Positions 37,442 through 47,776 of a stretch of DNA of 64,000 nt are shown here, one piece after another (the first letter of the stretch is position 1; each line of letters starts with the position of its first letter). Below the pieces are notes generated by a model. That model saw nothing but the letters and a program-made list of their open reading frames with translations. It was not told where the DNA came from and searched no databases. Source of the stretch: Methanothrix sp. (GTDB taxonomy: Archaea > Halobacteriota > Methanosarcinia > Methanotrichales > Methanotrichaceae); contig JAXGJB010000001.1 of assembly GCA_040770465.1 (NCBI GenBank), forward strand, positions 64,001 through 128,000, written 5' to 3'. The translations under genes were made by a program, and so were the position numbers.

Positions 37442-37746
37442 AGTTTGGAGGACAACTCCTCATTTTATAAGCATATTTGTGCTAAAATAAGCTATATTCT
37501 TAGAATATATGAAAATTTCATAGCTTTGAATTTACGTAATAGTGGATCTTGAGATAACATAATCTATCCAGAAAAGAAGAGCGTCCAGGTCGTGAAAGCC
37601 GAAAGATCCCCGTACCATCGATCGTGACCGTTTCAGATCCGAGACGAATTATGCCGCCGAGTCGACGTTTTCGATTCCTCGACGTTTTCGATGATACCTG
37701 ATGTGTCTGAGGTCCCCAATCCAAAGATTTTGATAGTCTGTCGCCA

Positions 37747-38094
37747 TCAGGTTTCGAACTTTGCCATCTCATCACCACTCCTGATTTTTATCGATCTCGC
37801 CACGGGGCTGACGAATATCCTGCCGTCTCCGATGTTCCCCGTCCTGACGGCCTCGGTGATCGTCTCCACCAAAAAGTCCACCTCATAGTCGCAGACTACG
37901 AGCTCTATCCTCGCCTTTGGAACCGGTGCCGAATTTTCTGTCTTGCCGTTGTATCGGAGCTTTATTCCCCTCTGCTCCCCTCGGCCCATCACCTCGCTGA
38001 TGGTCATGGAGACGAAACCCTTCTCCTCCAGAGCGGCGCGAAGCCTCTCCAGCCTCTCCGGTTGGATTATGGCCTCAACCCTCATCAACGCCAT
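37747..38094 (-). CDS. glnK: Second PII protein with divergent T-loop
   Basis: VEAIIQPE, GRGEQRG, TGNIGDGRIF. Confidence 0.88.
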   Translation of the reverse strand: MALMRVEAIIQPERLERLRAALEEKGFVSMTISEVMGRGEQRGIKLRYNGKTENSAPVPKARIELVVCDYEVDFLVETITEAVRTGNIGDGRIFVSPVARSIKIRSGDEMAKFET

Positions 38095-38344
38095 CCGCCC
38101 CCAGCCGCAACCGTGCGGCTTCTAGCCGTCTCCGCCATGCCAGCCTGACCACTTGATATAATGTGATACTTCTTTGAAAAACGAGACCGTTTGCGAGGTG
38201 GTTTCAGCTCCGATTCGGGCGCGCCCGTTTGGGTGGAGATATCTTCTCGGCATGATGGAAGGGAGCGCGCCCGCATCGTTATTGCTCGTCAGATCTCTGT
38301 AAGATCTCAATCAGATCTTCGTTTGTTTCCTCCTGCAACTCCGC

Positions 38345-39682
38345 CTACAGCAGCGGCAGATACTTCTCGATCTCCCACCTGCTGACGTCGGTCCTGTACT
38401 CGTCCCACTCGACCTTCTTCGAAGCGATGAAGTTGGTGAAGATGTGGTCGCCGAGAGTCTCTCTCATCAGGTCGCTATTCTCTGTCAGCATCAGGGCCTC
38501 GATGAGGCTTCCAGGAAGCGACTTGATTCCGGCCTTCTCCTTCTCCGCCTCGGTCATCTTGAAGATGTCCCGCTCCATCGGCTCGGGGAGCTCGTACTTG
38601 TTCTTGATGCCGTCCATCCCGGCTGCCAGCATCACCGCAAAGGCGAGGTACGGGTTTGCTCCGGGGTCGGGGCTTCTGTACTCCACCCGGGTGGCGTTCT
38701 CTTTTCCGGGCTTGTACATCGGCATCCGGACCAGGGCCGACCTGTTCCTCCGGGCCCAGGATATGTAGACTGGAGCCTCGTAGCCGGGGACGAGCCTCTT
38801 GTAGGAGTTGATCCACTGGTTGGTGACGGCCGTTATCACCGGCGCGTTCTTGAGCAGGCCAGCGATGTAGTGCTTGCCCAGGTCTGAGAGGTTGTACTTG
38901 TCATCGGGGTCGAAGAAGGCGTTCCTCTTACCCTTGAAGAGCGACTGGTGGACGTGCATCCCCGTCCCGTTCTCGCCGAAGATCGGCTTCGGCATGAAGG
39001 TGGCGTAGTAGCCGTACTGCTGGGCGATCTCCTTGACGACGATCCTGTAGGTCATCACGATGTCGCCCATCCTGAGAGCCTCCTGGTACCGGAGGTCGAT
39101 CTCGTGCTGGGAGGGGGCCACCTCGTGATGGCTGTACTCTACGTTGATCCCCATAGACTCCAGGGTCAGGATCGTATCTCTCCTGAGGTTGCTCCCGGCG
39201 TCCATCGTCGTCATGGCGTCGAAGTAGCCGCCCTTGTCCAGAATCTCGGTACTCTTGTCGTCTTTGAAGTAGAAGTACTCCAGCTCCGGGCCAACATACA
39301 GGTCGTAGCCCATATCCTTCAGCTTCGCCAGGTTCCTCTTGAGGACGTACCGCGGGTCCCCCTCGTAGGGGCTGCCGTCGGGCTGGAGGATGTCGCAGAA
39401 CATCCTGCCCACGTTCTGCCCCTCCTTCGCCCTCCACGGGAGGATCTGGAAGGTCTCGGGGTCGGGCTTTGCCACCATGTCGCTCTCTTCGATCCTGGCG
39501 AAACCCTGGATCGAGGAGCCGTCAAAGCCCATCCCCTCTTCAAAGGCTCCTTCAAGCTCCGATGGGGAGACGGCGAAGCTCTTTGGGAGCCCCAGAATAT
39601 CTGTGAACCACAATCGGACGAACTTGACGCCCTTTGACTCAATCGCCTCAAACACCTTATCCTTGCTGGACGACGTTACCAT
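38345..39682 (-). CDS. glnA: Glutamine synthetase type I-alpha
   Basis: FDGSSI, HHEVAPSQHE, TFMPKP, NSYKRLVPGYEAP; GGAGG SD before ATG at 39682. Confidence 0.97.
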   Translation of the reverse strand: MVTSSSKDKVFEAIESKGVKFVRLWFTDILGLPKSFAVSPSELEGAFEEGMGFDGSSIQGFARIEESDMVAKPDPETFQILPWRAKEGQNVGRMFCDILQPDGSPYEGDPRYVLKRNLAKLKDMGYDLYVGPELEYFYFKDDKSTEILDKGGYFDAMTTMDAGSNLRRDTILTLESMGINVEYSHHEVAPSQHEIDLRYQEALRMGDIVMTYRIVVKEIAQQYGYYATFMPKPIFGENGTGMHVHQSLFKGKRNAFFDPDDKYNLSDLGKHYIAGLLKNAPVITAVTNQWINSYKRLVPGYEAPVYISWARRNRSALVRMPMYKPGKENATRVEYRSPDPGANPYLAFAVMLAAGMDGIKNKYELPEPMERDIFKMTEAEKEKAGIKSLPGSLIEALMLTENSDLMRETLGDHIFTNFIASKKVEWDEYRTDVSRWEIEKYLPLL

Positions 39683-39741
39683 CTCTTTTTTGCCTCCTTG
39701 CTGAAAAGTCGTCCTTGACGATTTATATCTGTTTGAGACGA

Positions 39742-39760
39742 GTTCACAAATGTTATGAAG
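39742..39760. promoter_or_regulatory. Imperfect copy of the gltB1 palindrome (GTTCACAAATGTTATGAAG) just upstream of the glnA BRE/TATA
   Basis: 14/19 identity to 33902-33920; both copies are preceded by GTTTGAGA-N3. Confidence 0.55.
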
Positions 39761-39973
39761 AATTAAGATGGGAGCCGGATCATAGAAAAATCTCTGGGCG
39801 GTTGAAAGCTGGATATCCGGGGCCCAATATCCAGCCGTAAACGATATCCAACAACGCAAACCCGTAGATGGACTCCAGTCTGGAGGGCAAAACTCAATCA
39901 GATTTCGGGACCATCTTCGATCGGATGCCCAACAAAAAACTTGGTCTTGAGAAAAATCCCGGTCTATATCGGA

Positions 39974-41785
39974 TCAGCGGCCCCAGAAGGGGTCTCTATT
40001 CCTCTTGATATCCAGAAACTTCTCCAGGGCCTCCAGCTCGTCCTCGGAGAACCGCTGCTTCAGCTCGGCCTCGATGATCTTGACGTGCTTTTCGGGGATG
40101 TTGACGAAGAGTATGTCACCCTCGTGGATCTGGCGGCCGACGGTGGGACCGTCGATGGATACCGCCACCTCCTTTCCGACGCCGGCGGAGCCGACGTTCT
40201 CCCCGCTGGCCTGGACCCCTTTCACCGTCCCGATGACGGCCCCGTCCTCCCTCATGAGGCTGACGCCGTTTGTGATCTGGCCCCCCACCACCTGGACGCC
40301 GACGACGGCTGGCTTGCTCTGTCTGAAGACGTAGTCGGGGATGATCCTGATCATGCCCGGCCTGATCACCGCCTGGAGCCTCTCCTGCTCCATCCTCATC
40401 TTCTGGTCAGCCACCCAGTCGTCGTAGTGCTCGATGAGGTTGTAGATGACCTCGGAGAGGAAGATCGGCACATCGCTCTTCTGGACCTCGGCGAGGGCGT
40501 CGGGGAGGATCTTGACGTTGAAGCCCAGGACCGCCGAGTAGAGGGGGTCTTTTATGGCCGCGGCCCTGATCACGTCCCGTCTGGTTATGGGGCCGACGTC
40601 GGCGGCGTGGATCGGCACCTCTTTTGCCTCCAGCTCCCCCACCAGGGCCTCGAGGGAGCCTATGGTGTCTGTCTTGATGATGACACCGACGTTCTCGGTA
40701 TCTATCCTCGCCGTATCCAGCTCCGACTTTATCTCCTGGAGGACTACCTCGATATCTTCGCCCTCCTCCACCACCCTGACGGTGGAGCCTGCAAGGGCGT
40801 TCTCGATTTTTGGGGCGCTCACCTTGACGCCGCTTGCGGCCGCCACGTGCTTGACGGGAAGAAACCTCTCTTCGCTCCTGATCTCCGAGAGGGGTCGCGG
40901 CTTCAAAAGGGCCCTGATCTTGGTGACGATCGGCTCCTTGAGGGTTCCCACGACGACGGTGTCTCCGGCCCGAAACTCGCCGTCGTAGAGGATGACGTCG
41001 AGGGTGGTTCCGAGGCCCCTCTCCTCCTTAACCTCGAGGATCGTTCCGACGCCGGGACCGCTGGCCCTCACCTTCAGGTTGTCCTTCAAGAACTTCTGAG
41101 CGAGGCCCAATAAAACCATCAGAAGGTCCGGGACCCCCTCACCGGAGAGGGAGCTGACGGGCACTACGCCCACGTTCTTGGTGAAGTCGCTGATCCGATC
41201 GTACCTATCCGAGTTGAAGCCGTACTTGTAAAGCTCCCCTATCAGCTCGTAGATCCGGTTGTCCAGATCTCCAGTAACTCGCTCGCTCTGGGCTTTTAGG
41301 GTCGCGGCCAGGGGCGCCCCCTCAACCGGCTGCCATCCGGATATCCGGTCTATTTTATTAGCCGCCACCAGGAAGGGGGTGCGGTACCGTTTCAGGATGT
41401 TTATCGACTCTATCGTCTGGGGCTGGAAACCCTCGTTCACGTCGACGATGAGGACGGCGAGATCGGCGAGAGAGCCGCCCCTGCTCCGCAGGGACGTAAA
41501 AGAGTGGTGGCCCGGGGTGTCGATGAAGAGGAGGCCGGGTATCTGGAAGTCTCCTCGAAAGAGGGGTCCGCAGACCTCTTTGACGACGTTGAGGGGGATC
41601 TCGGTGGCTCCGATGTGCTGGGTTATGGCCCCAGCCTCACCGTCGGCGATGGTGGTGCCTCTGATCTTGTCGAGAAGGGTGGTCTTGCCGTGGTCAACGT
41701 GGCCCATCACGCAGACGATGGGAGTTCTCAGGTCGGACTCGGTCTGGCCCTTCCCCTTCTTCGCCTTCCTCGATTTCTGCTTCAT
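39974..41785 (-). CDS. infB: Translation initiation factor aIF5B/IF-2
   Basis: GHVDHGKTT, GAITQHIGA, DTPGH, NKID, GSLEAL. Confidence 0.97.
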   Translation of the reverse strand: MKQKSRKAKKGKGQTESDLRTPIVCVMGHVDHGKTTLLDKIRGTTIADGEAGAITQHIGATEIPLNVVKEVCGPLFRGDFQIPGLLFIDTPGHHSFTSLRSRGGSLADLAVLIVDVNEGFQPQTIESINILKRYRTPFLVAANKIDRISGWQPVEGAPLAATLKAQSERVTGDLDNRIYELIGELYKYGFNSDRYDRISDFTKNVGVVPVSSLSGEGVPDLLMVLLGLAQKFLKDNLKVRASGPGVGTILEVKEERGLGTTLDVILYDGEFRAGDTVVVGTLKEPIVTKIRALLKPRPLSEIRSEERFLPVKHVAAASGVKVSAPKIENALAGSTVRVVEEGEDIEVVLQEIKSELDTARIDTENVGVIIKTDTIGSLEALVGELEAKEVPIHAADVGPITRRDVIRAAAIKDPLYSAVLGFNVKILPDALAEVQKSDVPIFLSEVIYNLIEHYDDWVADQKMRMEQERLQAVIRPGMIRIIPDYVFRQSKPAVVGVQVVGGQITNGVSLMREDGAVIGTVKGVQASGENVGSAGVGKEVAVSIDGPTVGRQIHEGDILFVNIPEKHVKIIEAELKQRFSEDELEALEKFLDIKRNRDPFWGR

Positions 41786-41874
41786 GACCGATCACATCCG
41801 GACCCCGTCAGTTTCGAAGGCGGCGACGAGGCCGCCTTCCGGTCAGATCTAAGACCTAAGTGACGAACGCCGGC

Positions 41875-42324
41875 TCATTCGTAGAGCCAGGCCTCGTCTA
41901 TCCTGGTGTAGCTCAAAAGCTCGGCGTCGCTGAAGTGGAGCGAGATCTCGCGCTTCGCCGATTCGGGAGAGTCGGAGCCGTGGATGACGTTCCGCCCCAT
42001 GTCCAGCCCGAAGTCGCCCCGGATGGTTCCAGGCTGGGCCTTCGTGGGGTTTGTAGCCCCGTTCATCTTCCTGACCTCGGAGATGGCGTCTTTTCCCTCC
42101 ACCACCATCGGGACCGAAGGGCCGGAGGTGATGAAGCCCACCAGGTCTCCGAAGAAGGGCTTTTCCGCGTGCTCGACGTAATGCTCGCGGGCGACGTCCT
42201 GGGGCAGAGTCCTCATCTTCATGGCGACGATCTTCAGCCCTTTCGCCTCGATCCTCTGGACGATCTTGCCCACCAGCCCCCGCTGGACGCCGTCGGGCTT
42301 GATCATTACGAAGGTCCTCTCCAA
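41875..42324 (-). CDS. ndk: Nucleoside diphosphate kinase
   Basis: [23 protein letters not shown]. Confidence 0.97.
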   Translation of the reverse strand: MERTFVMIKPDGVQRGLVGKIVQRIEAKGLKIVAMKMRTLPQDVAREHYVEHAEKPFFGDLVGFITSGPSVPMVVEGKDAISEVRKMNGATNPTKAQPGTIRGDFGLDMGRNVIHGSDSPESAKREISLHFSDAELLSYTRIDEAWLYE

Positions 42325-42327
42325 GCC

Positions 42328-42501
42328 CTACCACCCTTTGATGGCCCACTCGATCCTTCTCGGAACTCTGCCGAGCTCGATCATGTTCTTCTCACATTTG
42401 GACGAGCAGAAGTAGTAAACTGTCCCGTCCTTCTTGGCGTAGATCTTCCCCGTGCCGGCCTCGATCTTCCGGTTGCAAAAGGAGCACTTTCTCTCTTCCA
42501 T
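42328..42501 (-). CDS. rpl24e: 50S ribosomal protein L24e
   Basis: Translated by hand: [57 protein letters not shown]. Confidence 0.95.
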   Translation of the reverse strand: MEERKCSFCNRKIEAGTGKIYAKKDGTVYYFCSSKCEKNMIELGRVPRRIEWAIKGW

Positions 42502-42507
42502 GAGACC

Positions 42508-42723
42508 TCACCTGGTGGTAAGCTTCTTGGCTTCTCTTGCGGTCTCAAGCAGCATCAAAACGTCCCCCATCCTGATGGGGCCCATGCAGTTTCTGGTGAT
42601 GATGCGGCCTTTGTTGCTGCCTTCCAGAATCCTGCACTTGATCTGGGTGGCCTCTCCGTGCATCCCGGTGTTGCCGATGATCTCTATGACTTCGGCGGGA
42701 ACTCCTTCCCAATCGTCTGCCAT
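42508..42723 (-). CDS. rps28e: 30S ribosomal protein S28e
   Basis: [24 protein letters not shown]...ETAREA. Confidence 0.95.
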   Translation of the reverse strand: MADDWEGVPAEVIEIIGNTGMHGEATQIKCRILEGSNKGRIITRNCMGPIRMGDVLMLLETAREAKKLTTR

Positions 42724-42737
42724 CAGCTACCATCCCC

Positions 42738-43112
42738 CTACTTCAGGGCCTGGGCCTTCTGAACTATCTCGTCCAAGATGTCCTTTCCTTTCCCCGGCTC
42801 CAGGATGGCTACGGCTGCGCTCTTCACCCTCATGCCGCAAGCAGCGCCGATCTCGCTCTGCTTCTTGACGTAGATGTAAGGAGTCTTCTTCTCTTCACAG
42901 AGCGGCGGAATATGGGCCACGATCTCTGGAGGCTCCACGTCTTCGCCCACCACCACGAGCTTTGCTACGCCGCGCTCGATGGCCTTGGTGGTCTCGTTTG
43001 TCCCCTTCTTGAGCCTTCCAGTATCTCGGGCCAGCTCGATCGCTTCCAGGGATTTGGAGGCCAGGTCAGCTGGAACGTCAAATCTAACGTATATCGGTCT
43101 TGCCATAATCAT
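42738..43112 (-). CDS. rpl7ae: 50S ribosomal protein L7Ae
   Basis: [24 protein letters not shown]. Confidence 0.96.
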   Translation of the reverse strand: MIMARPIYVRFDVPADLASKSLEAIELARDTGRLKKGTNETTKAIERGVAKLVVVGEDVEPPEIVAHIPPLCEEKKTPYIYVKKQSEIGAACGMRVKSAAVAILEPGKGKDILDEIVQKAQALK

Positions 43113-43206
43113 TCTCCTTCAGGGCGGTGCCCGTCATCATTCATCGCAAAAATCGCCCCATTAAGGCTTAGCTCATGGGGGCAGCTTCCCAGCTAAAAAG
43201 GTTGCG

Positions 43207-44091
43207 CTATGGAGCGACGAACGCTCCCAGCGTCTCGGTCAGGTTCTGAGCTCCAACCGCCCCCGAGACGGTGACGATGTCGTCCTCTGAACGCGTCTCA
43301 AGGCCGAAGCTCTCCGCCAGGTCAGATACTCTCGACTCGCTTCTGCCCCCAAGGGTGAGGTACTTCGCCGTCAGGGTGAAGCCGCCATCGTTGGGGCTTA
43401 TGCCCAGGTAGGACTCCGCATAATCTCCGCCCAGGGGGGACTGTAAGCTAGGATTGGAGGCGGCGCCCGTTCCCAGGACCGAGATCTGAAGGGTGTCGCT
43501 CTCGTCGTAGGGGAGGACGAAGCCCTCGGTGGTGGGTGCGGTGCCCGATATCACGTCCACGACCTTCTTGACGGAAGTTTCGGTTCCGAAGAGGACGGGA
43601 GTTCCCATAACTATGAATAGTTCTGAGGTTCCCAGGGGTATCACCTGATATCCGTTGTAGAGGACTGCGAGGCCGTGGGCTCCCAGGGGGGCGGGTCTCG
43701 TCCAGTGGAACTCGGCAGTCTCGTTTCCGAAGAAGCCCCAGGAGATCTCATCAATCGGCGAGGGGTAGAGGTTCAACTGATCTTTCAGGGTCAGCCCGAC
43801 AGTGGCCGGAAGGGTAAGAGCAGCTGCCTCGGTGAGGTTATCCGACGCGGTCATGTTGAGCCAGAAGGCGAAGACCAGGTCCTCGGGGTACATCCCGAGG
43901 GCGTCGCCCAGGCTCTCGAAGTCCCAGTTGATCAGCCGTCCGCTCACCCCGAAGTCTGAGGGGTTCCAGGTCGCTTGGACGGTCGTCTCGGCAGGCTCCC
44001 CACCTCGAAAAATGAAGCTTGAAAAGCTGGAGAAAAACATTATCCCGGCGAGGAAGACTGCTATTATAATAGCTCCAGATTTCTGATCCAT
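43207..44091 (-). CDS. Hypothetical membrane-anchored/secreted protein
   Basis: Hydrophobic N-terminus, several N-x-S/T sequons, host-like codon usage. Confidence 0.75.
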   Translation of the reverse strand: MDQKSGAIIIAVFLAGIMFFSSFSSFIFRGGEPAETTVQATWNPSDFGVSGRLINWDFESLGDALGMYPEDLVFAFWLNMTASDNLTEAAALTLPATVGLTLKDQLNLYPSPIDEISWGFFGNETAEFHWTRPAPLGAHGLAVLYNGYQVIPLGTSELFIVMGTPVLFGTETSVKKVVDVISGTAPTTEGFVLPYDESDTLQISVLGTGAASNPSLQSPLGGDYAESYLGISPNDGGFTLTAKYLTLGGRSESRVSDLAESFGLETRSEDDIVTVSGAVGAQNLTETLGAFVAP

Positions 44092-44118
44092 CGGGGGCGG
44101 TGGACGAGTCGATCTTAT

Positions 44119-45651
44119 TTAATTCTTTGTCGGGAATAGCGGCTCGTCCTGAGAGTAGCTTCTGCCGAGCAGGAGCGCCGTCTCGGCCCGCTCCAGCTCC
44201 CGGCCCAGGTATCCGGCGTGGTCGAGCCTGGTGACGAGCCCCCGGTCGACGATCTCCGAAAGGAGGTCGCGGGAGGATTCGCCCACCAGGGTGACTGCGT
44301 CGTGGCGGACGACGATCTTTCCCATCGCGACGGCTATCCTGAAGCTTCCGGCGGGGTCCATCTCCCACCGGCGGCCACTGGCCTCGATCTTGCCTGCTTC
44401 CTCGCCGCCATCACCGGCCACTCTCCCGCTTTCGCCGCCGGGGCCGACCGCCCCCATTGCCCCCACCGCCACGAACTCCTCGGGCATCTCCTCCTCGGGG
44501 CGGCGGTGCTTCTCCTTGAGGACCAGAAGGTCCAGCCCCAGGTCTTTTGGGGGGCTCTTTCTCGCTTCTGCGAGGAGCATCATCTCGGAGGCCGTCCGCA
44601 GCTCCCGGATGCTGCCCCGGGCCTTTTCGCTGTACTCGGGGGTGAAGAGGACGCTCGCACCCACCTCCGCCCCCATAGCGGTCAATAGCCCGTTCACGCC
44701 CTGGCTGTCTGCATCCAACAGCTCCGTCACGTTCCCGACGCCGAAGAATAAAGGCAGCTCAGGAAACGCCTGGTGGACGTCGCTGTACCTGCAGATCGAC
44801 TCGGCGAGCCCCAGAAGCGGCGGGCTCAGAACGGGGTCTGCCATCGCTCCCACCCCCAGAGCGAGGGCCAGGTGGAGGTTCTCTGCGAGGGTCGTCTCCC
44901 CCGGCCCCGGCAGGACGACGGCGGGGACCCCGGCGGCGGCCGCCACCCCCCCGACCTCTTCGAGGTTGGAGCCGTCGAGGCTCAGGATCAGGTCGCATCC
45001 CGCCTCGATCCCGGCTTTGATTAGATCGGGCCGCAAGCTGTCAACGCTGACGGGGAGGCGGGTCACGCCCTTCGCCACGCCAACGGCCCGCGCCACGTCG
45101 GCGGGCTCGGCGTCCAGCGGAATCCCTAAATCGATCATGTCCGCCCCCTCGCGCTGGTAGTGGCGGACCTTTTCCGCGAGGGCCGCATCGTCGAAGCGGG
45201 TCGCGTCCACGATCTCGGCCAGAACCTTCATCCGGCTCTCGCCGCCGACTTTGACCCCCTTGATCACAATCGGCGCGGTCGCCCCCGCCTCTAGCTCTTC
45301 GACGGCGGACCGCGCCTCATCTCTCAGCCTCTCTTCGAGGAGGACACAGGCGGGGATGGTGGTCGAGAGCTCGACCTCATCGAGGAGCGGCAGAACCCGC
45401 CGGAGGTCGACGGCGTGCTTGGGCCCGAGCCTGACCTTGGTACCCAGCTCCGCGGCGACGGGGCCGAAGTCGGCGGTAATGGCCCCCGGGATCAGTATTA
45501 TATCGTAGCCTTCGGGCGCAGCATTCCGGAGCATCTTCGGGGTTATGAAGGAGGCGACGTCGACGTCCATCACCAGGACGTCGGCTCTGTCCCCCACCGC
45601 CTCTCTCACCATCCGCTCGGCGAGCCGTCCCGTCACCGCCAGCGCTCTCAT
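44119..45651 (-). CDS. Dihydropteroate synthase-like protein with C-terminal DUF4346
   Basis: VTGRLAE, GPKHA, GADMIDLG, SVDS, GNVTELLDADS, HAGYLGREL; ATG at 45651. Confidence 0.87.
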   Translation of the reverse strand: MRALAVTGRLAERMVREAVGDRADVLVMDVDVASFITPKMLRNAAPEGYDIILIPGAITADFGPVAAELGTKVRLGPKHAVDLRRVLPLLDEVELSTTIPACVLLEERLRDEARSAVEELEAGATAPIVIKGVKVGGESRMKVLAEIVDATRFDDAALAEKVRHYQREGADMIDLGIPLDAEPADVARAVGVAKGVTRLPVSVDSLRPDLIKAGIEAGCDLILSLDGSNLEEVGGVAAAAGVPAVVLPGPGETTLAENLHLALALGVGAMADPVLSPPLLGLAESICRYSDVHQAFPELPLFFGVGNVTELLDADSQGVNGLLTAMGAEVGASVLFTPEYSEKARGSIRELRTASEMMLLAEARKSPPKDLGLDLLVLKEKHRRPEEEMPEEFVAVGAMGAVGPGGESGRVAGDGGEEAGKIEASGRRWEMDPAGSFRIAVAMGKIVVRHDAVTLVGESSRDLLSEIVDRGLVTRLDHAGYLGRELERAETALLLGRSYSQDEPLFPTKN

Positions 45652-45841
45652 GGGGGTGTGTAGGCGGCGGGAGGTGAAAAAGGCTGTGGAGGTTACAGGA
45701 GTAGATGTTATGTCTATTGCCGAGATTCCAAAATCTAACTGATCTGAAGTTATGCAGATAACATATAAATATTTAATAATATAACTAACTTGTATCGGGG
45801 GCGTTAACGATATAAGCGTTCTCGTCAATCTCGAAGTGGCT

Positions 45842-46810
45842 ATGAGCGAAACCATTAATGACGAAATAATTTGGACGACTCAATCGAGCTTGGACCCAGA
45901 AGTCAAGCCGCTTAAGAATATTCTCATCACTTGCGACTACTCTAGCCAATATTTTGATTCTTTGATTATTTGTGGTGATGCTAAAGAAGAACTCAAAAAA
46001 TTTCCGGATAATCATTTTCAATGCTGTATCACAAGTCCGCCCTATTGGGGACTTCGAGATTATGGCATTCCTCATCAAATTGGAGGCGAGCCAAAACTTG
46101 ACGATTACGTAACTAATTTGGTTGAAGTTTTCAGAGAAGTGAGACGTACACTATCCGATGATGGTACATTATGGCTAAATATTGGGGATTCTTATACGAG
46201 CGGAAACAGAACCTGGAGAGATCCAGATAAAAAAAATCCTGCACGAGGTATGGATTATAGGCCACCTACACCCAGTGGATTAAAATCCAAGGATCTTATT
46301 GGAGTACCATGGAGATTGGCTTTTGCACTGCAATCGGATGGTTGGTTTTTGCGATCAGATATAATATGGCATAAGCCTAATTGCCAACCTGAATCGGTTA
46401 AAGATCGGCCTACAAGATCCCACGAATACTTATTCCTGCTTACAAAATCAGAGAGATATTTATATAACTATGAGGATCTTATGGAGCCCTCTAAGGACAG
46501 AAGGGGTCTGCGAAATCGTAGGACCGTATGGTCCATAAAAACAGAGCCATTTAAGTACTCACACTTTGCTGTTTTTCCTGAGGAACTTATCAAACCATGT
46601 ATATTGGGTGGAAGCAATAGGGGTGATATGGTTTTAGACCCCTTTTTTGGATCTGGGACTGTAGGAATTGTAGGTTTAAAATTGAATCGTAGATTTGTTG
46701 GTATAGAATTAAATCCAGAATTTATTGAAATTGCTCGAAGAAGATTTATTGATGAACATCTAAGCATATCACCAGCGATCAAGAATTATCATTGCAGGAG
46801 GGATATTTAA
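45842..46810 (+). CDS. N4-cytosine DNA methyltransferase, beta class (M.Cfr9I/XmaI/SmaI-like)
   Basis: TSPPYWGLRDY precedes DPFFGSGT; DKKNPAR, KDLIGVPWRLAFALQ, PESVKDRPTRSHE as recalled for CCCGGG m4C MTases. Confidence 0.88.
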   Translation: MSETINDEIIWTTQSSLDPEVKPLKNILITCDYSSQYFDSLIICGDAKEELKKFPDNHFQCCITSPPYWGLRDYGIPHQIGGEPKLDDYVTNLVEVFREVRRTLSDDGTLWLNIGDSYTSGNRTWRDPDKKNPARGMDYRPPTPSGLKSKDLIGVPWRLAFALQSDGWFLRSDIIWHKPNCQPESVKDRPTRSHEYLFLLTKSERYLYNYEDLMEPSKDRRGLRNRRTVWSIKTEPFKYSHFAVFPEELIKPCILGGSNRGDMVLDPFFGSGTVGIVGLKLNRRFVGIELNPEFIEIARRRFIDEHLSISPAIKNYHCRRDI

Positions 46811-47776
46811 TTGACTGGCCAAAGGTATCAAGTGCTGGCGCCTGATATTCAAATTGAGTTTTATTATAGATTGAGATATCTTAATGATAGATACTTGCTA
46901 GATGCTTTGAAGGAAACAGTAAGTAAGTTAGATATTAGAAAAATAGATGATGACCTATCCAATTATGTTGATCCTATATGCTTAAAAAAAGTTGCATCTT
47001 TCGGAATAAGAGGTGAGATATTTTTCCCCGTCCCTTATATAATCGAAGCAAACCCAAAGTTGCTGGGATATTATCGGTTGCTACTAGGAATATCACAAAA
47101 AAATTTTTATTCAAAAGAGCATTTTTCAGGGTTCAAGCCGTTGGAAGATCGAGGAAAGATATCTTCAGATGTAAAACCCCGTATCGAGGATTTGTGCACG
47201 AGCTTGGTTGGAACATCTGAAATATTAATAAGAGAAATTGATATGATTTCACTATCAATGGTCCGGGACTTGCAGCTTTTAACATTAGGAGGACAGTTAA
47301 GAGGCGGGATTAATAACAAAATAGGCGAAATAGCTAAACAGATGGTTTTTGATATGATAAGAGATATAACAGAGCCTTACATCAAAAATGTTAAGGATGA
47401 TTCGATCGAGATCTTAAATGACTCAAACCGTAAAGTAATCATTAAATTCTCAGGTGATCCTGATATCAGCATAACAGAAACGATTGGCGCCACAAATCGT
47501 CCGCTTGTAGCTATCGAAATAAAAGGTGGTTACGATTATTCTAACATTTATAATAGACTTGGCGAGGCTGAGAAGAGCCATCAAACTGCTAAAGATAATG
47601 GCTTTACCGAATTTTGGACTATTATCCGAGTTGATGTAGACATCAATAGGGCAAAAATAAAGACGCCTACTACGAACAAGTTTTTTAATATAAATAAGAT
47701 TCAAAATCCTGATGAGGAAGAATATCACTTGTTCAGGGATTTGTTGAGTTCGATGTTGAGCATTCAGATAAATTAA
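46811..47776 (+). CDS. Type II restriction endonuclease, XcyI/Cfr9I-like
   Basis: Directly follows the MTase; LLGYYRLLLG, LTLGGQLRGG.NN, PD...IEIKGG (PD-(D/E)xK), NRLGEAEKSH. Confidence 0.8.
   Translation: MTGQRYQVLAPDIQIEFYYRLRYLNDRYLLDALKETVSKLDIRKIDDDLSNYVDPICLKKVASFGIRGEIFFPVPYIIEANPKLLGYYRLLLGISQKNFYSKEHFSGFKPLEDRGKISSDVKPRIEDLCTSLVGTSEILIREIDMISLSMVRDLQLLTLGGQLRGGINNKIGEIAKQMVFDMIRDITEPYIKNVKDDSIEILNDSNRKVIIKFSGDPDISITETIGATNRPLVAIEIKGGYDYSNIYNRLGEAEKSHQTAKDNGFTEFWTIIRVDVDINRAKIKTPTTNKFFNINKIQNPDEEEYHLFRDLLSSMLSIQIN

Noticed and set aside
39850-39915. c-di-GMP-I riboswitch-like GCAAAC...GCAAAAC spacing
   Set aside because: There is no GNRA loop or receptor, and the element is on the wrong strand for the flanking genes.
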